Part shown: positions 59,139 to 64,000 of the stretch, piece after piece
Position numbering within the stretch: the stretch's first letter is position 1
How the letters are laid out: each line of letters starts with the position of its first letter
NCBI GenBank assembly: GCA_012518435.1
Contig: JAAYSG010000025.1
Coordinates: forward strand, 7,055-71,054
Source: Bacillota bacterium
Lineage (GTDB): Bacteria; Bacillota; DTU030
Direction of reading: 5' to 3'
Length of the DNA: 64,000 bases
Made by a program: the position numbers and the translations under genes
Notes under the pieces: model-generated
The model's input: the letters and a program-made list of their open reading frames with translations, nothing else
Databases searched by the model: none
Told to the model about the DNA's origin: nothing

Positions 59139-59729
59139 CTAACTTTCAATACCCCTCCGGGCATTAATACCCTGCTCATAATAGTGTTTCACTTCCCGCA
59201 TTTCTGTTACCAAATCGGCATATTCAATAATTTCCGCCGGTGCATTCCGGCCCGTTAAAACAACCTCCACCCCATCTTTTTTCCCCCTCAATGCCGCCAA
59301 AACATCAGCGGTTGCAAGCAGGTCATAATGCATGGCCACATTTATTTCATCCAGTACTATTAGATCATAATCACCGGCAGTCAGGGCCCGCCGGGCCATT
59401 TCAAGCCCCCCGGCAAGAAGATCAACGTATTCCCGGGGAGGCTGACCCGGTGGGAATATCACTATCTTATCCCCCCATTTTTCCCGGCTCTCCTTGTCTA
59501 TATCACCTTCCCGGGCCACAAAAAAAGGTTTTCCCAGGGTGTCCAGTGTAATATCGGGTGACACATGGGGTAGGATATTATGCTCACTATAAGCCCTATC
59601 CTTCATAAACTGTAGAAAAAGAACCCTTTTGCCTGCTCCCAAGGCCCGGAGGGCCAGACCAATGGCAGCCGTTGTCTTGCCCTTGCCATTACCTGTATAA
59701 ACCTGAACATAGCCCTTACCAAAAGACAT
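59139..59729 (-). CDS. cobO: cob(I)yrinic acid a,c-diamide adenosyltransferase (CobA/CobO/BtuR type)
   Basis: P-loop VYTGNGKGKTTAAIGLALRA. Confidence 0.85.
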   Translation of the reverse strand: MSFGKGYVQVYTGNGKGKTTAAIGLALRALGAGKRVLFLQFMKDRAYSEHNILPHVSPDITLDTLGKPFFVAREGDIDKESREKWGDKIVIFPPGQPPREYVDLLAGGLEMARRALTAGDYDLIVLDEINVAMHYDLLATADVLAALRGKKDGVEVVLTGRNAPAEIIEYADLVTEMREVKHYYEQGINARRGIES

Positions 59730-59941
59730 CCCATTCCCCCCACTCATCTTTTATTTTAAAAACAATTCCCTACTTAATTCAGCCCAGTTGTTCCTTCTTC
59801 CTTCCGGTGGGCATAAATTGCCAAGACAAGAATAAATTATTCCCCCACAAGGTGGGACCAACCTACTATTGGACCCCAAGCTGGTATATAATGGAGCGGT
59901 AGGGGCATACTGTGGATAATAAAAGTGAAGGAGGCATTTTT

Positions 59942-60151
59942 TTGTTGGAAATAGGTGTCGTGAAGTGGTTTAATGCGGAAAAAGGGTTTGGTTTTATCCA
60001 GCGGGAAAACGAATTAGACGATGTTTTTGTTCACTTCTCCGCTATAAACGGTGAAGGTTTCAAAACTTTGGAAGAAGGTCAAAGGGTTTCCTTTGAAATA
60101 ACTGAGGGTCCCAAAGGGCCCCAGGCCAGTAACGTCGATATAATCGAATAG
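59942..60151 (+). CDS. csp: cold-shock protein CspA family
   Basis: TTG start with RBS GAAGGAGG; [14 protein letters not shown] and [11 protein letters not shown] motifs; TATAAT at 59886. Confidence 0.85.
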   Translation: MLEIGVVKWFNAEKGFGFIQRENELDDVFVHFSAINGEGFKTLEEGQRVSFEITEGPKGPQASNVDIIE

Positions 60152-60261
60152 TACCGGCAAGGATAATTAAAATCCCCTGCTTTGCCACCTACAAAAAGGC
60201 CGTATCCCAAGTCAAATTAACATTTGGATGCGGCCTTTTCCCATTTCACTTTGGGCAAAAG

Positions 60262-60651
60262 TCAACTAACAGCACCTGCGGCCTTGGCGGGGATACTCCT
60301 GGTGGCAATAATATCAGCCCCAGTGCCCAAGACATCGGCGACAATCACCTCATTTATTTTAATTGGTGCCTCCACTTCAACCTTGGCTAGCAATTCCGTA
60401 ATAGCCCTTATTTTTTTCTTAGGAACAGGCACATGGGTCTTAACGGGTGCCAGGGGAAGAATCCCCCCCTTAACCCTCACAGTAGTGGCCAGGGTCCGCT
60501 TGGGCATTGTAGCCTCTTGGTGGGCGTAATCAACACCCCGCCTACATTCATTACCCGTGACCTCGACCACCTTGCCATCCTCCATAATTACCTCCATTAG
60601 GCAACCGACAGGACATACAATGCAGGTGATTTCTTTCTTTTCCCTCTTCAC
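60262..60651 (-). CDS. DUF1667 domain protein
   Basis: CIVCPVGC motif; overlaps upstream oxidoreductase stop. Confidence 0.65.
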   Translation of the reverse strand: MKREKKEITCIVCPVGCLMEVIMEDGKVVEVTGNECRRGVDYAHQEATMPKRTLATTVRVKGGILPLAPVKTHVPVPKKKIRAITELLAKVEVEAPIKINEVIVADVLGTGADIIATRSIPAKAAGAVS

Positions 60652-61932
60652 CTAGACCGCCTCCCCTTCCACGGCGACTTCAATTTCAGATCCCGGGGCT
60701 ATTGTGGAAAGTGTCTCCGGGTCCAAATCAATCCTTATCATTTCACTGGGCAGTACAATGCGAAATCTTCGACTCTTCAACCTCTTACCATCTACCGAAA
60801 TATTAGCCCGGACATTCCTTTCTATATTACTAACCCGAAAGGAAACAGTTACCCCCTCTTCAGCCGCAGGGTCAGCCATTTGTGGCACGACATAGCGCAC
60901 ATTTCGCCCACTATGAAAATGGATCCGCTTGGCTTCTGCAGGACCCTGGAGGATATAGCGGGCAGCACCCACACCAGCCTTTTCACCCTCCATGGTCACA
61001 AAATCCACCACATCGTGGACATGCACCACATTACCACAGCCAAAAATACCGGGGACCTTTGTCATCATGTTTTCATTGACAACTGGCCCATTAGTTACCG
61101 GATCAAGTTCTATATCAGCGAAACGGCAAAGTTCTGTTTCCGGAATCAAACCCAGGGAAAGGAGAACAGTATCACAAGGGACAAACTCAGCCGTTTCCAG
61201 CATGGGTTTCCCCTTTTCATCAAGACGACAGATGGTTACGCCAGTAACCCGTTCCTCCCCATGGATGGCTATAATATTATGCCTCACCAAAAGAGGTATG
61301 TCATAGTCATCAAGACACTGGGCAACATTTCGTTTCAAGCCCGAGGCGTAGGGGCGCCGGGCAAGGACTGCCTTTACCTTTGCTCCCTCCAAGGTCATTC
61401 GCCGGGCCATGATCAAGCCGATATCCCCCGATCCCAGCATGACAATTTCCTTGCCGGGCAAAAAACCTTCAATGTTCATCAAGCGCTGGGCCAAGCCCGC
61501 GGTGTAAATCCCCGCGGGACGCATGCCCGGTATTCCCCCCCGGGGTCGTTCCCGGCAGCCCATGGCCAAAATAATGGCACCTGCCTCTATCTCCACCAGA
61601 CCCTCAGTACGGTTTAAAGCAACTAGCCTGCGGTCCGTCGTTATATCCAAGACCATTGTATCCATGAGGGTAGAAATACCATTACATTCCTTGACCTTGT
61701 TGATGAAGTACTCTGCATATTCAGGACCCGTCATTTCCTTTTTAAAAAGATGGAGGCCAAAACCCGGGTGTATGCACTGATTCAATATGCCTCCCAGCTC
61801 ATCATCGCGTTCTATAATTAGAACATCGCGCACACCCTGTTCCCAGGCCGATATGGCAGCACTCATTCCGGCCGGTCCACCACCAACCACCACAATATCC
61901 ACTTTCCTGTTTTGCAATGAACAGCACCTCAA
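60652..61932 (-). CDS. FAD-dependent pyridine nucleotide-disulfide family oxidoreductase
   Basis: Dinucleotide fold VDIVVVGGGPAGMSAA; 426 aa. Confidence 0.7.
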   Translation of the reverse strand: MRCCSLQNRKVDIVVVGGGPAGMSAAISAWEQGVRDVLIIERDDELGGILNQCIHPGFGLHLFKKEMTGPEYAEYFINKVKECNGISTLMDTMVLDITTDRRLVALNRTEGLVEIEAGAIILAMGCRERPRGGIPGMRPAGIYTAGLAQRLMNIEGFLPGKEIVMLGSGDIGLIMARRMTLEGAKVKAVLARRPYASGLKRNVAQCLDDYDIPLLVRHNIIAIHGEERVTGVTICRLDEKGKPMLETAEFVPCDTVLLSLGLIPETELCRFADIELDPVTNGPVVNENMMTKVPGIFGCGNVVHVHDVVDFVTMEGEKAGVGAARYILQGPAEAKRIHFHSGRNVRYVVPQMADPAAEEGVTVSFRVSNIERNVRANISVDGKRLKSRRFRIVLPSEMIRIDLDPETLSTIAPGSEIEVAVEGEAV

Positions 61933-62402
61933 TTCCGTCTCAAATTATTATCACTGCACACAGGATTTGCCCACCCTTCTTCCCCTTCTTCCGGCAGCAG
62001 CAAACCCTCCCGTGATGATACCGCAACCGTCTTCCGCCTCTAGGTAATATCCCTTCCCTTCAGACCGGAAAAGGAATTTCCGCCCCCCTTCGCTGATATA
62101 TTTTCCCCCGGCTTTCCTTAGACACTTCACATTATGGCAGTGAAAGGAATACTTCCAAATGGTAGAATATTCAACAAAGAAGCCAATAATACCTGCCACA
62201 AAGTTAATTTTATTTCCCCTGTAAACAAGTTTATGAACTGGAATCAGGGAGGACCAGCGCCTATTTTTGGAAGCCAAGGTACAGAAATATTCCGCCACCA
62301 GCGCAGGGCTTTTTTACCGCCCCGCTTGGCCCAGGTTTATTTTCATTTTCCCTCGAATATAAATAAAGCAAAGATCACCATTGTCCCATGGGAGGGAACA
62401 AA

Positions 62403-62672
62403 ATGGATTCAGAAGACAAACTTGTTTTTATCATGGCCCTTACCCGGCTCCTGGCCGGTAGCTTCGAAATGACCGGGGCCTTTCTAATGTTGGCTTACAA
62501 AAAAATCGATACAGCTTTCCAAATTAACGCCTTGCTGGGGCTTTTGGGCCCTTTAATCTTCCTTCTGGTCAGCGCTTTGGGCTTTGTGGGCCTTTTGGGG
62601 CGTATCACCCCGGGTAAAATAGGGTTACTATTACTGGGAATTATCTTAATTCTTGTCGCTAGTCGCCCCTAG
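62403..62672 (+). CDS. small 3-TM membrane protein (possibly DUF2619/YqhV-like)
   Basis: RBS GGGAGGGAACAAA; about 90 aa hydrophobic. Confidence 0.4.
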   Translation: MDSEDKLVFIMALTRLLAGSFEMTGAFLMLAYKKIDTAFQINALLGLLGPLIFLLVSALGFVGLLGRITPGKIGLLLLGIILILVASRP

Positions 62673-62811
62673 GCAACACTATTCCCCCGATGGGTCTGTA
62701 ACATTGACAAGGTGGCCAATGATCCCTATCCTAAGTACCTTTACCCTATTATAACCATGGGGAAGATTTTATAAGTGTATTGCTCCCAAAATCCCTTTCC
62801 AAGGAAAGAAA

Positions 62812-63711
62812 TTATGCTTTTCCCGCCCTTTTTGCCGCCACAACCCGGGGTATCCCAGCCAAATCGGGCAGAACCTGAAGGGATGTAAAGATTTCAGCCG
62901 TGGCCAATATTTCCTGAACCCGCCCCTCCTGACCCTGCCCTATCTCAACCACAAGCCAGCCTTCCCGGCGCAAATAATTGGGAACCTCCAGGGCAAGGCG
63001 ACGGTAAAAATCCAAACCATCCCGGCCTCCATCCAAAGCAATGCGGGGTTCAAAATATCCCACTTCCCTGGGTAAATGGGCCAACTCCCCGGTGGGGATA
63101 TAAGGAGGGTTCGAAAGTAAAAGATCCACCTGGGGGCACCGCAATTCCTTATTTAAGGGAGATAAAAAGTCACCATTCATAAAGATAATACGATCCAATA
63201 CCCCATGGAGCCTGGCATTTTTTTTGGCCACTAAAAGGGCCGCCGGAGAAACATCAAGGGCATAAATTTTGCCCTTGGTCAGTCCTTTGGCCAGGCTCAC
63301 AGCAATTGCCCCGCTACCTGTTCCCAAATCGACAATGGTCGGCGGTAACAATTTATCCCCGTACTTTGCTGGCTTTATTTCCTCCTGCAGCAACTTTAGC
63401 GCCAGCTCCACCAGAATCTCCGTCTCCGGGCGTGGTATAAGAACATTCTCATTAACATGAAAGTCAAGGCCCATAAACTCCCTAGAGCCGGTAAGATATT
63501 GGATGGGACAGCCCGCAGCCCGGCGGGTTAAAAGGTGGCGGTAGTGGAACAATACTAAAGCCGGTACCCCTTTATCCATCTTGCGATAAAATTCGGCCCG
63601 GCTTTCTTGCAAAAGGTGCCTTAATAAAATCTCCGCATCCCTACGAGCACCATCGGTTTTTAGAATTTCCTTGCCCAACCTTAGGGCTTCCAGCCGCGTC
63701 GCCATCCTCAC
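62812..63711 (-). CDS. prmC: release factor glutamine N5-methyltransferase
   Basis: NPPY motif (LLSNPPYIP), SAM-binding DLGTGSG. Confidence 0.85.
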   Translation of the reverse strand: MRMATRLEALRLGKEILKTDGARRDAEILLRHLLQESRAEFYRKMDKGVPALVLFHYRHLLTRRAAGCPIQYLTGSREFMGLDFHVNENVLIPRPETEILVELALKLLQEEIKPAKYGDKLLPPTIVDLGTGSGAIAVSLAKGLTKGKIYALDVSPAALLVAKKNARLHGVLDRIIFMNGDFLSPLNKELRCPQVDLLLSNPPYIPTGELAHLPREVGYFEPRIALDGGRDGLDFYRRLALEVPNYLRREGWLVVEIGQGQEGRVQEILATAEIFTSLQVLPDLAGIPRVVAAKRAGKA

Positions 63712-64000
63712 CCCACCTTTAGTCTTTCCGCCTGATCATCCATTATGAGGGCATCAATAAGCTCATCCAGGGAGCCATTTAGAACCTGGTCCAATTTATG
63801 GAGGGTAAGGCCAACACGATGGTCTGTAACCCTACCCTGGGGAAAGTTATAGGTGCGGATACGTTCACTTCTGTCCCCTGTCCCCACCTGATCCCGCCGG
63901 GCCTCATCTACCTCAGCCCTTTGATCCTCCAAGGCCTTGTCAAAAAGCCGGGCCCTGAGCACCCGCATTGCCTTGTCCCGATTTTTATGCTGGGATTTTT
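63708..64000 (-). CDS. prfA: peptide chain release factor 1, C-terminal part (gene continues beyond window end)
   Basis: C-terminal RF1 sequence [33 protein letters not shown]; stop overlaps prmC start. Confidence 0.8.
   Translation of the reverse strand, partial: KSQHKNRDKAMRVLRARLFDKALEDQRAEVDEARRDQVGTGDRSERIRTYNFPQGRVTDHRVGLTLHKLDQVLNGSLDELIDALIMDDQAERLKVG

Noticed and set aside
61951-62298. 115-aa minus-strand ORF as a bona fide gene
   Set aside because: It has no RBS, odd composition and no motif. It is more likely a remnant or chance ORF, so it is reported only as part of the DUF1667-cluster finding.
1-64000. CRISPR arrays, rRNA genes, intact prophage or integrase
   Set aside because: No short direct-repeat/spacer periodicity, rRNA-like conserved blocks or phage structural gene sets were seen on either strand.

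Overview
This 64-kb window looks like a chromosomal segment from a Gram-positive, spore-former-like Firmicute. Dense GGAGG-type ribosome-binding sites and the gene content suggest a thermophilic member of Clostridia or Peptococcaceae, but that identification is a guess. Almost the whole window is coding on both strands, with many 4-nt ATGA or GTGA start/stop overlaps that indicate operons.

In coordinate order the main contents are:
- A four-gene minus-strand operon, nurA-herA-sbcD-sbcC, resembling the archaeal DNA end-resection set. sbcC runs off the window start.
- A divergent class II B12-dependent ribonucleotide reductase (nrdJ) with a lipoprotein polysaccharide deacetylase.
- A small paralogous membrane-protein operon.
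- An FmdB-family zinc-ribbon gene, divergent from a 710-aa FtsA-like actin-fold ATPase that carries about seven C-terminal VNG..GD repeats.
- A YbjQ-family protein, a Zn-metallopeptidase, and a decayed IS1202-group (ISNCY-like) transposase beside tRNA-Leu(CAA).
- ptsH plus a dhaL-dhaM-like phosphotransfer module that has a membrane protein where dhaK is expected.
- proBA, pyk, dnaE, a sepF paralogue and sfsA.
- A prenol-kinase-like pair (CTP_transf_1 plus DUF92), then queG-nth.
- A tandem PII-like protein.
- An accessory hydrolase island: two permeases, two about 78 percent identical M20D amidohydrolases, two ABM-domain proteins, an amidohydrolase and a MATE exporter.
- msrAB and a yyaL-like gene, then a Y-family polymerase preceded by a perfect Gram-positive LexA box.
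- Two TPP riboswitches, one controlling thiW-thiM and one controlling tenA.
- A NamZ-like and stalk-domain cell-wall block, a sirtuin, a ferredoxin, cobO, a cold-shock protein, a DUF1667 plus FAD-oxidoreductase pair, prmC, and the end of prfA.

No CRISPR array, rRNA gene or intact prophage was seen. All calls come from reading the translations, motifs and hairpins by eye, with no database search.
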